Shown: positions 27,822-40,492 of the stretch, piece after piece
Position numbering within the stretch: position 1 is the first letter of the stretch
How the letters are laid out: every line of letters starts with the position of its first letter
From: Octopus vulgaris
Lineage: Eukaryota
Length of the DNA stretch: 64,000 nt
NCBI GenBank assembly: GCA_951406725.2
Contig: OX597829.1
Location: forward strand, 11,470,001 to 11,534,000
Direction: 5' to 3'
The notes under the pieces: generated by a model
What the model saw: only the letters and a program-made list of their open reading frames with translations
What the model was told of the DNA's origin: nothing
Database searches by the model: none
Program-made: the position numbers and the translations under genes

Positions 27822-27823
<2 letters not shown>
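24968..27823 (-). mobile_element. Penelope-like element, internally deleted, with 3' pseudo-LTR and an inverted RT segment at the 5' end
   Basis: ATG at 27314 (MPDYRS...FLSRCLHHRLIPKGFRL); ORF 25373..26467 has IKPADKGGAVVV and LPKIHKPNNPGRPIVS; plus-strand 27597-27820 encodes LVLTLNCFSF..FYHQFSGVAMGTRMGPNYANLF; (TA)n on both flanks. Confidence 0.92.
25096..25133 (-). ncRNA. Minimal hammerhead motif (A6U core) in the Penelope 3' pseudo-LTR
   Basis: TCTTT-CTGTTGA-A-GAGC(gtag)GCTC-GAA-ACGT-T-AAAGA; sense to the element ORF. Confidence 0.7.
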
Positions 27824-27897
<74 letters not shown>

Positions 27898-28389
27898 CAG
27901 TTATATATACATATACATATATATGCATGTGTGTGTGTGTGATCTTTTATTTTTGACAGCAACACTCGAAGTAGATAAAGCTATACATAACAATGTATAG
28001 AATAAAATCTTTGGATGGAAAAAGTCAAAAGTTACTCGCATGAATCGGACCTTCATCCCTCTGCTAACATAACAGACTTCCTGACATTATACCAAAGTAA
28101 GAACAAAAGCTTTTAAAATGGATGGATTTTGAGGTGTTGCTTTTTTATATAATGGTAGAACACCTGTCGGCTTAAAGAATCTGTGGATTTGAGTCCCATA
28201 TCTAGCCTTCGTCTTTTGCCATCCATTGAAGTTTCTAATCCAATATTCTCAATATCTTCAATATTCTTCAGGTTATTATTTATAGCCTCAACTACATGGA
28301 GTTCAACTACTAGAAAACAACGATTTTTTCATATTTCTCGAATTTACTAAACTCTTATAATGTAAGCAACACTATGTATATGTATGTAA

Positions 28390-28590
28390 GGCGGCGAGCT
28401 GGCAGAATCGAAATACTTAACGGTATTTCGTCTGTCGTTACGTTCTGAGTTCAAATTCTGCCGAGTTCGACTTTGCCTTTCATCCTTTCGTGGTCGATGA
28501 ATTAAGTACCAGGTGCGTACTGGGATCGTTCTAATCGACTGATCCCCTCCCCAAAAGTTTCGAGCCTTTTGCCTAGAGTAGAAAAGAATA
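28390..28590 (+). mobile_element. tRNA-derived SINE
   Basis: GGCGGCGAGCTGGCAGAATCG...GAGTTCAAATTC (A/B boxes); same family as 44673-45090; followed by (TGCG)n at about 28596-28673. Confidence 0.8.
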
Positions 28591-28596
28591 TGTGTG

Positions 28597-28672
<76 letters not shown>

Positions 28673-29200
28673 TGTGTGTGCGTGTGTGTGTTTTATATAT
28701 AATTTATGCTTGGACAGTTAAATTTATGTACAGTTCTACTGAATGATCAGTTAACTGTCCAATATTTCAACTAAATATAGACTGAAGCTAACAGTAACTA
28801 ACTGCATTTGATCTGCATGCCATGTAGAGAGAGAGTGGGAGAGATAGAGAATAAAAGAACGAAAGAATGAAAGGAAGAAAGGAAGAAAGAAAAAAGAAAC
28901 AAAAAAAGAAAATGGGAGAAAGAAAGAGAAAGGGAGATATACCAGTAGATATTAGGGCACCAAACTATATTCTTTATAATATTTCTTAAGAGATCTTGAA
29001 TCCTAAATCTCCTAATGATTTTAACAAACACTACAACTAAAGGAGTGCAAAATTATTTGCATCCTCATTTATTTGGGGAGCGGGGTTCCTCCCTTTCGTT
29101 TCGTTGAACTGTGTTTGTCTTTCTTAATATTGGAATAAAACCTATGGGGTCAAAATGCAGAGATAGACTGATAGACAGACAAACTGGCAGACAGACAGAC

Positions 29201-29290
<90 letters not shown>

Positions 29291-32200
29291 GTTTCTTTAT
29301 TGGCCACACAGGGCTGCACACAAAAAGGACAAGTTACAAGATAGAGCTTTTCTTTTGGGGGATGAAAAAACAAGAAACAAAAAACAAAAGAGACAAAAAA
29401 AAGGTGGCGCAGGTTTTCGATCAAAAGGGATCGTAAAAGGGAAAAAAAGAACAAAAAATAAAATTTAAAAAATAAAAAAAATGAAAAGGAACAAAAGAAG
29501 AGAGAAATGAAAAAAAGAAGAAAAAGGGGAAAAAGGGGAAGAGGAAAAAAACGATCAATAGGGATCGTGTATCACAGTGTTATGATGTATGGTGTAAAGG
29601 GGAAAGCAAATAAGGTTTATCCGTGGGAAGAAAAGCCTACGAAAAAGACCACGGTAACCTTGGTCAATATTGTTATATGTTACCACATTTGTTTGCAAGT
29701 GAGTAACCCTCTGTTTTCAATTTCTGGGTTCATAGGATTATGCTCAAGGTGGCTTCGTCATTCATACGTGCCATCATTGCTACATTCAGCCATCTTTTTT
29801 TTAAAACATTCGCTAGACAAAACTTGCCTCACTACTCTCACTTTCCTTTTCAAGTGGTACTTGAAGAAGTTGATGAGAGATTGACCAGAGAGGAAAGTGT
29901 TTGTCTCCAATCCTTTCAGACGCGTCCACCAGATACATTCTTTCGCCATAGCCACAAGGATGATGAAAATAGCTCTTCCTTCCCGTTTGAAGGAAGGAGG
30001 CGTGACAATATTGACGATAGACTCAGCTGATAAACCGACTCGTCCCACACGTAACAGCAGTTGTTCGACATAAGCCCATAGGTCGGAAATTGTTGGACAC
30101 TGCACGAGTGCGTGCAGAACGGTTTCGTCGCTCTGCACGCATCTCGGGCAGGTCGGCCACGTGTTTCTCGAGCCGTGTCTGTAGAGCTTATCCCGAACGG
30201 GTAGCGCTTCTCGGTAGCACTGCCAGGCCAAGAATCTCTGGAAGTTGTCCATGGGCCCTGGCCCGAAAGTCGTCCTGAACAGGCGGGTCAGGTACTCCTC
30301 GTCGACGTCCAGGTTCGCCCCGAGCTCGTCGTCGTACCTCCCCTCCACTAATCCCCTATAGAATGCTTTGGTTGTGATGAAGTCACTCAAGGTCGACCCA
30401 GGACGGCAGAGTTGCTTGAGAGCAACGCGACACTCGCGGTGCCATTCGCCCTTCCTCGGCCTCTTTTTGATCCACGACTGCAGTTCGGTCATGGAGACGA
30501 GCAGCGGGAAAGCGTGCCTCACAAACGGCGACCACACCTGTTCACCGTCGTCTACGAAGAGCCTGAGATGTCACAGTCTCAGCGCGTGTCTGTGCATCAT
30601 CAACCACGGCGTGCCCAGTCCTCCTTTTAACGGGTGTTGACAGCAAATGGATCGCCTGACCATCGGGACGCATCCTTTCCACAAGAAGCGAAAGAGAATG
30701 CGTTCGAGTTTGGTGATGGTTGGGTCGGGACAAGGCACGACGGTCAGGCGGTAGTAGATGACGGACGCGATGTACGCGTTCGCCACCTCCGCCCGCCCTT
30801 TTAGGGATAGTTTCCTCTCAGCCCATTGCCGGGCGAGAGTGACCACCCTACTCGTTATCTCGTTCCAGTTCTTCTCCACTTAGAGGTCCGGACCGAACCA
30901 GACCCCGAGCAACTCGACCGGGCCGTCGGTCCAGCGTCCCACGACGGAGGCGCTGGTGGACGGCATGGGCTTGCTTCTCCAGGTGCCTAGTCGCAAGCCC
31001 ACTGACTTTTCCCGGTTGATTTTCGCTCCTGTCACCGCTTCGTAGTCTTTCAGTGTCTCGCCGACCTGCTCTATGTGCTCGTGGCTAGACACTATGACGG
31101 TGGCGTCGTCCGCGTATGCAGACACGCACGTCCCGCATCCCAGTTCTCGCGGGATGCCCCTCAAAGTTGCCAGCTTCCGCAATAATGGCTCGAGAGTCAA
31201 TACGTATAGAAGCGACGAGAGGGGGCATCCCTGACGGACCGAACGTGCGATGTCGAAGGGTCTCGATAGATGTCCATTTATGCGAATTACCGAACGGATG
31301 CCTCTGTACAAAGCGGCTATCCAGCCGCGGAAGACGGAACCAAAGCCAGACGCTCTGAGGACTGCCTCCAAGTATTGATGGTCCACCCTATCGAAAGCTT
31401 TCGATTGATCCAAATTGATCAGTGCCCCACCCATGCCAGGTTCGTTAACTACCCTGTCTATGATGTAGCGCATCAGGTGGAGATTGTCATGGATACTCCG
31501 GCCCGGCACGGCGCATGTTTGCGCCTTGTCGATCAGTTTCTCGACGACAAGCGCCAACCTCTTGGCTAGCACTTTGGCCAAAATTTTCAAGTCTGCATTA
31601 AGCAGAGTGATGGACCTAAAGTTATCTATTACATTTCCCTTGTTTAGATGTTCTTCAGCAGTGTTACGGCTCCTCGGCTCACAAAACCAGGAATGCTCCC
31701 GTTTTGCTGCCAGTTGCAGTACACTGCTGCCAAGACATCTCCAAACAAGTTTGGCATACAATTGTAAAGCTCGTAGGGTAGACCATCCAAACCCGGTGCT
31801 TTGTCCCTCGAGCATTCTGCCATCGCGTCCTGCACTTCCGCCGCCGTGATGACACCTTCGCAGCACCCTGCCTCTCTTGTCTAGAGTCGTACTAGGCTGT
31901 GTAGGTAGGCACTGAAGTCCACCCTACGTTCTTGCCCGCCACTCGTCCCGAACAGTCGGGCAAAATGCTGTTGAAAGGCCTCACACATTTTACTTGGCTC
32001 GAGCAATTCGCGCCCCTGTTCATCTACCAGAGACTGAATAGTGGCTTTGTTGCCCTGTTGTGCCTCTGCCACCCGGACCTCTCTCGCGGCTCCAACACCT
32101 TCGTTCCTTAGAGCACGCATCCTAGCTCTGACGGCACACCCTTCGTGTTTGGCGTTGAAGTGTTGGTCGAGGGCCAACCTCACCGCCAAAACGTCGGATG

Positions 32201-33740
32201 CGATGCTGCTTCTAATTGCCTCTTCTAGCTTCTTAACTAGCTCACCCTCTACTCTATTTCTATCTATGGCTAGTGCTTTGCTGAACCTAATCGCTTCTGC
32301 TTTTACTGCTCTCTTGAAGGCAAACTACCATTTGTTGTTGATGATGGCTCCCGTCAAAGCCCTCTTTACTAATGTGCTAATCCGGTCTCTGAAAACCTGT
32401 CTCGATGGGAAAGACGCGTTTAGTTTCCAGTATCCGGGACCCTGCCTAAGTGTCTTACCTAAGTCTAGCGTACATGTCACAAGTTTGTGATCCGTGTAGC
32501 TGACTATGTGGAATTGTGGACATCCTATGCTATCTCTATCTACTGTCCTACACAGTATCCTATCTAGATACGATCTCGACGACCCACTGCGGTTGCTCCA
32601 TGTCCACGTTGGCGCATTCGGTTGGTCTAGTCGGAACCTGTCAGACAGTTGGAAGCGTCTGAGCAGGTCTCTGAGGCATTTGCATCCCCGTATATTCCTA
32701 TCTCTACCCACGTAGTCTACATGCGTGTCCAAGGTAGCATTCCAATCACCCACTAAGAGTAAAGGACGAGACGTTCCCAAGAATACTTCTAGACGTTGAA
32801 AGAAATCCGCCCTTCCTGTTAAGGGCGGTGCGTAGACTGATACGAATCGAAAAGCGCACCCATTGCTGCCGTCAGCATCCAGGACGACCAGTCTACCCTC
32901 CGGGTCTACGAATATTGTCTTTACTTTGAGATCCAGACTCTTGCGAAAAAGTGCCGCGGTGCCACTACCGCCCATTCTTGGCAGACAGGGGGGAAAATAA
33001 ATGTTGAACTGTCCGCCAAACATGGTCTTTAAGGCCCGCGGATTGTGGAGTCTGGTCTCACTTATGGCTATGATTTCTAACTTATGTGACTTTATCTCAT
33101 TTAAGAGGTACCCTTGTTTCCAAGGGGACCCCAAGCCACGCGCATTTACACAACCAATCTTGATCATAATCCTAATGAATTAGAATACAAGGGAAAGAAA
33201 CAGGGTTACTTACTGCTCGAAAGTTTTTGCTTTCTCCTCCTTTGGTTTGTCCTCGAGGAGATCCCAGTACAGTTTCTTTGTGAGATATTTTTGGCATTTA
33301 CCAACCGCACTGGGGAAAATGCCTTTGAGTGTGTGGTGCAGACTTTTGGAGATGTGAAATATTTTGATGTGGTCTGGTGGTGTTGTGTATGGGTGATTGT
33401 TTGTTTTTATGTCATCTGTTATGTTTGTTTTTGATTTGATGTATTCCATCAAATTTGTGTTTTTGGTGTCTATAGCTGTGAGCATGTTTGCTGTATATAT
33501 TTTTGTGGTGTTGGCGTGGCTGTTGTTTGTGTTGGGTTTTGAAATGTCTTCGGGAGATGTATTTCCCCCTGCTTTGTTTGTGTTTGCATTTGGTTTGGTT
33601 GTGTTTCTGCTCTTTATTTTCCTTCTTTTTGTAGCTATTTGCCATTCCTCACTGGTTTCGTCTTCCGACGAAATTTCTGAGGAATCAGTAGGGTGTAGGG
33701 GTATGTTGTAGGCTTCTATGTATGTATGTCTGTGCTGTTG
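29291..33740 (-). mobile_element. L1/Tx1-like LINE copy 1, 5'-truncated in ORF1, ORF2 frameshifted
   Basis: APE 32325..33167 (CVNARGL, AISETR, VGDWN, SYLDRI, TDHK); RT 30880..31866 (LDQSKAFDRV, VRQGCPLS, YADD); C-terminal CPRC..ETVLHALVQCP; AATAAA then directly (TATC)n at the 3' end. Confidence 0.93.
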
Positions 33741-33784
33741 TTATAGATAGATAGGGAGATAAACAGATAGACAGACAGACAGGA

Positions 33785-33824
<40 letters not shown>

Positions 33825-34743
33825 CGACAGAGAAAGAAAAAGAGAAAGAGAGAGATTGTTAATAAATATAACTTAAATTGTAAAAATAATACTAATTTCC
33901 TTCAGAAACAGTAAAATTTTTAAATTAAGGGAAATTAATAATCATAGAGTTTTAATATTTCTAAGTTTCCTTAAAATTATAAAACTTTTTAATTATACGA
34001 ATAATTTTTTTAATATTTCTGAAAAATCTGATATATATATTTTTCAGAAACTTACAACCAAATGAAAGAAAGACGATGGCAAACCCGCTGAAGAATTTAT
34101 ATTTTAATTATTATTACCTTCATTTTTTCTTGTCATTTAAATTTTTTTTTTTCCTTAATTTCTTGCTTTGAAACATTCACAACTTTTCGGTGAGGTGAGA
34201 TGAAATACTTTTATTGATTCAAAAATTGCCTAAAAAGACTCCAAATATTGATTTTTGAACTGCTAACTATTATGATTAAGACATTCTTTCAATTATAGAA
34301 CTACAGAACTGTAAAATGACTTACAACATTATCTGACAACAGATTTTGTTTAATTGATAAGAAAGAAAGAAATAAAAAAGGTAAAGAAATTAGGGGAAAT
34401 ACATAGAAATTTCCAACTAGAATTTAAGTAAGAATGTCCTTAGTAGCTTTCAAATAAAGCATTTCTTTAAATTTACTAAGGAAGTTCAATACAATTCTTC
34501 AGCTAATGAAACTTATACCAAAATCAGATTTAAGTAGTTCAATTTAAGTGATATTATGTATGTATGAAATAATGTTTCAATTTAAAGAATATTAGAGAAC
34601 AAAAAGTGATAAAATCTATGTATACGTGTATATATAAATATATCGATAAATATACACATATATAGAGAGAGAGATGGGGGAGGGAGAGAGAGACCTATAT
34701 GCATATATTTATATACAGACACAGATATATATATATAATAAAC

Positions 34744-34850
<107 letters not shown>

Positions 34851-34934
34851 CACATGTAAACATATATATATATATATATGTGTGTGTATTTACAAGTTTA
34901 TATCACGAATAAATTAGCGATTATCGATGTATAT

Positions 34935-35012
<78 letters not shown>

Positions 35013-35131
35013 AATATACGTATATTTCTTTCTCCGTGTGTTTGTAAACGTGTGTGTAAATATATATATATATATAAATTTATATGTATATGTACATATA
35101 TATACATATATAAGCCATCCATTCTATTTGT

Positions 35132-35167
<36 letters not shown>

Positions 35168-35494
35168 ACAGAAATACGGAAGAAAAGACGGAGAGAGACA
35201 GGGAAAGAGAGAGCGGAAAAGAGAGAGAGAGAGGAAGACGTAAATATAGATGTAGATATATAGTTAATAATGCTGTGAATTTAATTGGGAAATTACTTGA
35301 GATTTATTTTTTCCTTTTGAATAAATTAGAAATTGTTCCAAAATCAGGAAATAAGTAAAGAAACTGTAATTGATTTCAAAAATTGCAATTTATATTCAAA
35401 TTCATGTCGTCATATATTTAAAGGAAGAATTTAACTATTAACTTCCTATGTCTGAGTTCTTTCTCTCAGAAAATCATTATTGTCGTTGATGCTT

Positions 35495-35509
35495 ATATTA
35501 TTATTATTA

Positions 35510-35582
<73 letters not shown>

Positions 35583-35672
35583 TACTACTACTATTATTAT
35601 TATCATCATCATCATCATCATTATCATTATTATTATTATTGTAGTTGTTGTTCTTGTTGTTGTTGTTGTTAT
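35495..35672. repeat. Compound (ATT)n/(ACT)n/(ATC)n/(GTT)n microsatellite
   Basis: Direct reading. Confidence 0.9.
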
Positions 35673-36119
35673 TGAAAGCAGCTAATCTTACATGGTGGTG
35701 ATGAAGTTGTTACAGTTGTTATTTCGAAATATTCATCAATTTCAAAGTTTTAAATGTTTAAATTTCATAACAATAATAGCGATAATAAAAGGCTCAAAAT
35801 GTTAATATTTAAACATCCCAATCTAAGAAGGTACGTTTTCAGTTCTGCTGAAATATTTCGCTAAAGAAATAAATATTGCTTTCATTCTTATCAGCTACAA
35901 AATACATTTAAATAAGTCCAACGAAAATTATACGATTATGATGTTTTATCGTTCTTTTTTGTCTTAATTTAAATGTGATATTTTTATATTTAATTTTGTT
36001 TTTGATTTATTTTCATATGCATATGTGTATGTAATCATTCTTAGAATTTAGAATACGCTTGAAAGGGAAAAAATGTTAGTTTCCTCTACTGAAATCGAAT
36101 ATCAAATTTCAAATGAGTG

Positions 36120-36152
<33 letters not shown>

Positions 36153-36324
36153 TCACATACATATACGTACATACCTGTATACATACATATCTACTTAATA
36201 TCTGTTAATTATACCTACACCACTTACACACACATAGAAACACTCAAAGTATATTCAAATCACATACATACACACACGTATATATATACATATATATGTA
36301 TGTATATAAGTATATATATATATA

Positions 36325-36540
36325 TTGTTATATTTCGGAATGGTCATATTGTCAGTTTAGCCAATAAAAACACACGCACTATATATTTGGTGTTATTTTG
36401 CTTCAGTGTTATTTATTTTTTGCATTAATCTTAATCTTATTTCGGCCAGAGTTCTTTCGTCACACTCCTGTGACCGCATCAGTGGTCCTTTGTTTTCTTC
36501 TTACTTATTTGTGTCTCTCCTTACTAACCGTCAGCCATTT
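36325..36540 (-). mobile_element. Repeat inserted in (TA)n carrying a hammerhead-like motif (36446-36485)
   Basis: Near-identical to 39915-40135; minus strand CCA-CTGATGC-G-GTCACA(ggag)TGTGAC-GAA-AGAACT-C-TGG. Confidence 0.7.
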
Positions 36541-36586
36541 TATATATCTATATATCTATATATCTATATATACATATAAATATATA

Positions 36587-36664
<78 letters not shown>

Positions 36665-36958
36665 TTACTGGGAGAAGAAGAAACGAAACGAAACGGAACG
36701 AATCGAATCGAATCGACGCGAAGGCGCTCAGTCATACAATAGTGTAATAAATAAAATATATGCATACATACATACATATATGTACGTACCTACATCTACA
36801 TGTATATATACATGCATATATAAATATATATACGTGAGTACAGGACACCACAAATAGACGCAGAACTCAACGAGAACGAAAGCGTAAAAACAAGCATGGA
36901 ACGAACCTTTTTTTACAAAGAAAAAACAGAGTACTAGACAAACTACACAAGGAAAAAT

Positions 36959-37033
36959 CCCCTTCATCAGCTGTCCCTAGTTCAACTCCAGCGTGTTTCG
37001 AAGGTGAGGACAGCACACGACTCGTCGAACTAA
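36959..37033 (-). ncRNA. Candidate non-circularly permuted hammerhead ribozyme, copy 1
   Basis: CGTGT-G-CTGTCC-tcac-CTTC-GAA-ACACG-15 nt-GGACAG-CTGATGA-A-GGGG; stems III (CGTGT/ACACG) and I (CTGTCC/GGACAG) are perfect. Confidence 0.55.
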
Positions 37034-37590
37034 CCCTTACTGCGAAGAAATTAAAGGAAATTACTTCGCAGAGGGGTAAAAACAAGGAAAGACCAAAATG
37101 TACGCATATATTTTATTTATTACACTATTGTATGACTGAGCGCCTTCGCGTCGATTCGATTCGATTCGTTCCGTTTCGTTTCGTTTCTTCTTCTTCTCCC
37201 AGTACAGTTTTTATATATAATTATGACGCGAAACCCTATACCTCTTTGCTTAACCTTCCCTTCTCTCCCTTTCTCTCTCTCTCACTCCTCCTCATCTCTC
37301 TCACAGCCGGCCAAATACTTCCTTTTGCATGCGGCCTTCTAACTGTAAATACACGGTTTTCTTGCGCTCCTTGAATCTCTCCTCGTCTAGGCAAAAAAGT
37401 CAGTCTTTGGTTGTTTTCTTGTGTGTTTTTATCTTTTGTATTGTAATTTTTTGTAATTGTATTTTTATTTTGTATTTGATTTTGTAATTTTATTTGTATC
37501 GTTTTTACGTCCTGTTTGTATCACATTTTGTTCTTTCCTTGTTTTTACCCCTCTGCGAAGTAATTTCCTTTAATTTCTTCGCAGGAAGGG

Positions 37591-37665
37591 CTAGTTCGAC
37601 GAGTCATGTTCTGTCCTCACCTCCGAAACACGCTGGAGTTGAACTAGGGACAGCTGATGGAGGGA
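37591..37665 (+). ncRNA. Candidate non-circularly permuted hammerhead ribozyme, copy 2
   Basis: CATGT-T-CTGTCC-tcac-CTCC-GAA-ACACG-15 nt-GGACAG-CTGATGG-A-GGGA. Confidence 0.5.
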
Positions 37666-38664
37666 ATTTTTCCTTGTGTAGTTTGTCTAGTACTCTGTTT
37701 TTCTTTGTAAAAAAAAGGTGCGTTCCATGCTTGTTTTTACGTTTTCGTTCTCGTTGAGTACTACGTCTATTTGTGGTGTCCTGTACTCACATATATATAT
37801 TTATATATGCATGTATATATACATGTAGATGTAGGTACGTACATATGTGTATGTATGTATGTATGCATATATTTTATTTATTACACTATTATATATATAT
37901 ATATATATATGAAGAGAGCGAGGTAACACACTCTAATAAGCACGCACATACATATAAACATTGTCAGAGTCCCCAACGTTCAAAATCATTCCATCTGCAT
38001 CACATCTCTGCGCAAAAACGCACATTCGTTGTACAAAACACACATGCATGCGTACACACTCGCTACACCCAGCGCATGCACACAGCTCATACATACACAC
38101 ACACACACACATACACACACACATGAACATACACAAAATGAAACATTTACAAATATACACTTAATTGGTATTACAAAGAATTCAGAAAAACAATGATGTT
38201 TTGCTAAAATCACGAAGTTTATATTAAGATCTTACTTTAAAAACGTAGTTATAGATTAATTATTATTGTTGTTGTTGTTGTTGTTGATATTTTTAGTGGT
38301 GGTGCTGCTGCTGCGGCTGCTGATGCTACTACTGCTTCTGCTCGTCCACTTCGTAGTCTTCGTCAGCATCGACGTCGTCATTGCCGACGTCGTGGTTGTC
38401 GTGACCGTGATATTCGTGATGGTGGTTGTCGTGGTGGTGGTGGTGGTCGTCGTCGTCGTCTTTAGCCCCCAAGTCAGCCCTGATCCTGCAGCTCAATGTT
38501 CAAAGATGTCCCAGATGCAGCCATCCTATCTAAGAACCACACTATCCATTTCTCTCTCCTTCCATTATGTTGTCAGTACCGTTTAGCCTCTGATCCTTGA
38601 CAGGATATACTTATTATCAAAGATATTTCAACAATGACTATCACGTCTTGTATTCAAACATACT

Positions 38665-39276
38665 GACCCCAGGACTTACTTTTTGTAAGCCTAGTACTTA
38701 TTCTATCGGTCTTTTATGCCGAACCGCTAGGTTATGGGGACGTAAACACACCAGCATCCGTTATCAAACGATGTTGCGGAGGGAACAAACACAGACACAC
38801 AAACACCCACGCACGCGCACACACACACACACACTTATATATATATATATATATATTACTCTTTCTTTCTTTTTTTTTACTCTTTTTACTTGTTTCAGTC
38901 ATTTGACTGCGGCCATGCTGGAGCACCGCCTTTGGTCGAGCAACTCGACCCCGTGACTTATTCTTTGTAAGCCCAGTACTTATTCTATCGGTCTCTTTTG
39001 CCGAACCGCTAAGTGACGGGGACGTAAACACACCAGCATCGGTTGTCAAGCAATGCTAGGGGAACAAACACAGACACACAAACATATTCACACACACTTA
39101 TATATATATACATATATACGACAGGCTTCTTTCAGTTTCCGTCTACCAAATCCACTCACAAGGCATTGGTCGGCCCGGGGCTATAGCAGAAGACACTTGC
39201 CCAAGATGCCACGCAGTGGGACTGAACCCGGAACCATGTGGTTGGTTAGCAAGCTACTTACCAAACAGACACTCCT

Positions 39277-39320
<44 letters not shown>

Positions 39321-39450
39321 CAGACTTCTTCCAGTTTCCGTCTACCATATCTACTCACGAGGCTTTGATTAACCGGAGGCTATAGTAGATGACACTTGTC
39401 CAAAGTGCCACGCAGTGGGACTGAACCCGGAACCATATAGTTGGTAAGCA
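38665..39450 (-). mobile_element. Cluster of SINE fragments (tRNA-like heads at about 39120-39280 and 39320-39450; bodies at 38665-38800 and 38880-39080)
   Basis: Minus strand TGGTAAGTAGC...GGGTTCAGTCCC (A/B boxes) followed by TTGGGCAAGTGTCTTC; the body AAGCC-AGTACTTATTCTATCGGTC-TTT-GCCGAACCGCTA is duplicated. Confidence 0.75.
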
Positions 39451-39487
39451 TATATGTAGGTTTTTGGCATCTGGCATTTCTTTTCAA

Positions 39488-39529
<42 letters not shown>

Positions 39530-39567
39530 GAAAGAAGGTTTGAAAATGCAATTTAAAAGATGTTTAT

Positions 39568-39612
39568 TTACTTAACCGGTTTCACTCTTTGGAAAAAGAT
39601 TGTCAAAAGTAA
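39568..39612 (-). ncRNA. Hammerhead-like motif, U3:A8 core, palindromic stem III
   Basis: TTACTT-TTGACAA-TCTTT(ttcc)AAAGA-GT-GAA-ACCGGT-T-AAGTAA; in an island between (TA)n tracts. Confidence 0.55.
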
Positions 39613-39914
39613 CACAGAATATTATGAATTCAAAAAAGTTTTTTACATAATTGCCACATAACATGTATATATATAGTCTTTGGTAACAGGGACATGTTAA
39701 GGACATAAAGAGGTGCAACAGTGTGATGAGAATATTTGAAAAAATGGGCAGAAAAGAATAAAACAAATATATTATTGGGAGTTTGGTTGCGTTAATTATT
39801 GGCTGTTGCAAAGTGCCACATTACATGTATATAAACAGTCTTTGGTAACAATGACATGCTAATGACATAAGAAAGTACAACAGTATGATGAGAATATTCT
39901 CATATATATATATA

Positions 39915-40135
39915 TTGTTATATTTCGGAATGGTCATTTTGCCAGTTTAGCCAATAAAAACACACGCACTATATATTTGGTGTTACTTTGCCTCAGTGTT
40001 ATTTATTTTTTACATTAATCTTAATCTTATTTCGGTCAGAGTTCTTTCGTCACACTCCTGTGACCGCATTAGTGGTCCTTTGTTTGTTTTCTTCTTACTT
40101 ATTTGTGTCTCTCCTTACTAACCGTCAGCCATTTT
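39915..40135 (-). mobile_element. Second copy of the 36325-36540 repeat
   Basis: Direct similarity; the motif at 40036-40075 has CTAATGC (G5A decay). Confidence 0.75.
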
Positions 40136-40452
40136 CTATTTCTATTGTATGTCTTCAATTGCGCATGCTTATATCTCTATGTGCGTTTATGTTTATTTAG
40201 TGTGTGTGAGGGGGGATGCCTGTAATATTTATATCTTCTGTTTATATATGTTCATGTAATTTGTAATTTTATATGTTCATGTAATTTGTATTTTGTATTT
40301 TGTATTTTGTTTTTTGTTTTTTTTTGTTTTTTTGTTTTTTGTTTTTTTTTTTTTTTTGTTTTTTGTTTTGTTTTTTGGTTTGTTTATATACATATATACA
40401 TATATATGTGTATATATAAATATATATAAATAAATAAATATATATATATGTG

Positions 40453-40492
<40 letters not shown>

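Larger units (their letters stand above)
36662..37890. mobile_element. Compound inverted repeat in (TA)n, probable Penelope-type pseudo-LTR cluster
   Basis: 36662-36771 is the reverse complement of 37104-37211; 36740-37100 is the reverse complement of 37521-37890; no coding capacity recognised; (TA)n on both ends. Confidence 0.8.

Noticed and set aside
28390-28470. tRNA-like A/B boxes here and at 39200-39280, 44100-44180, 44673-44765 and 63880-63945
   Set aside because: No complete cloverleaf; they continue into shared repeat bodies, so they are SINE heads.
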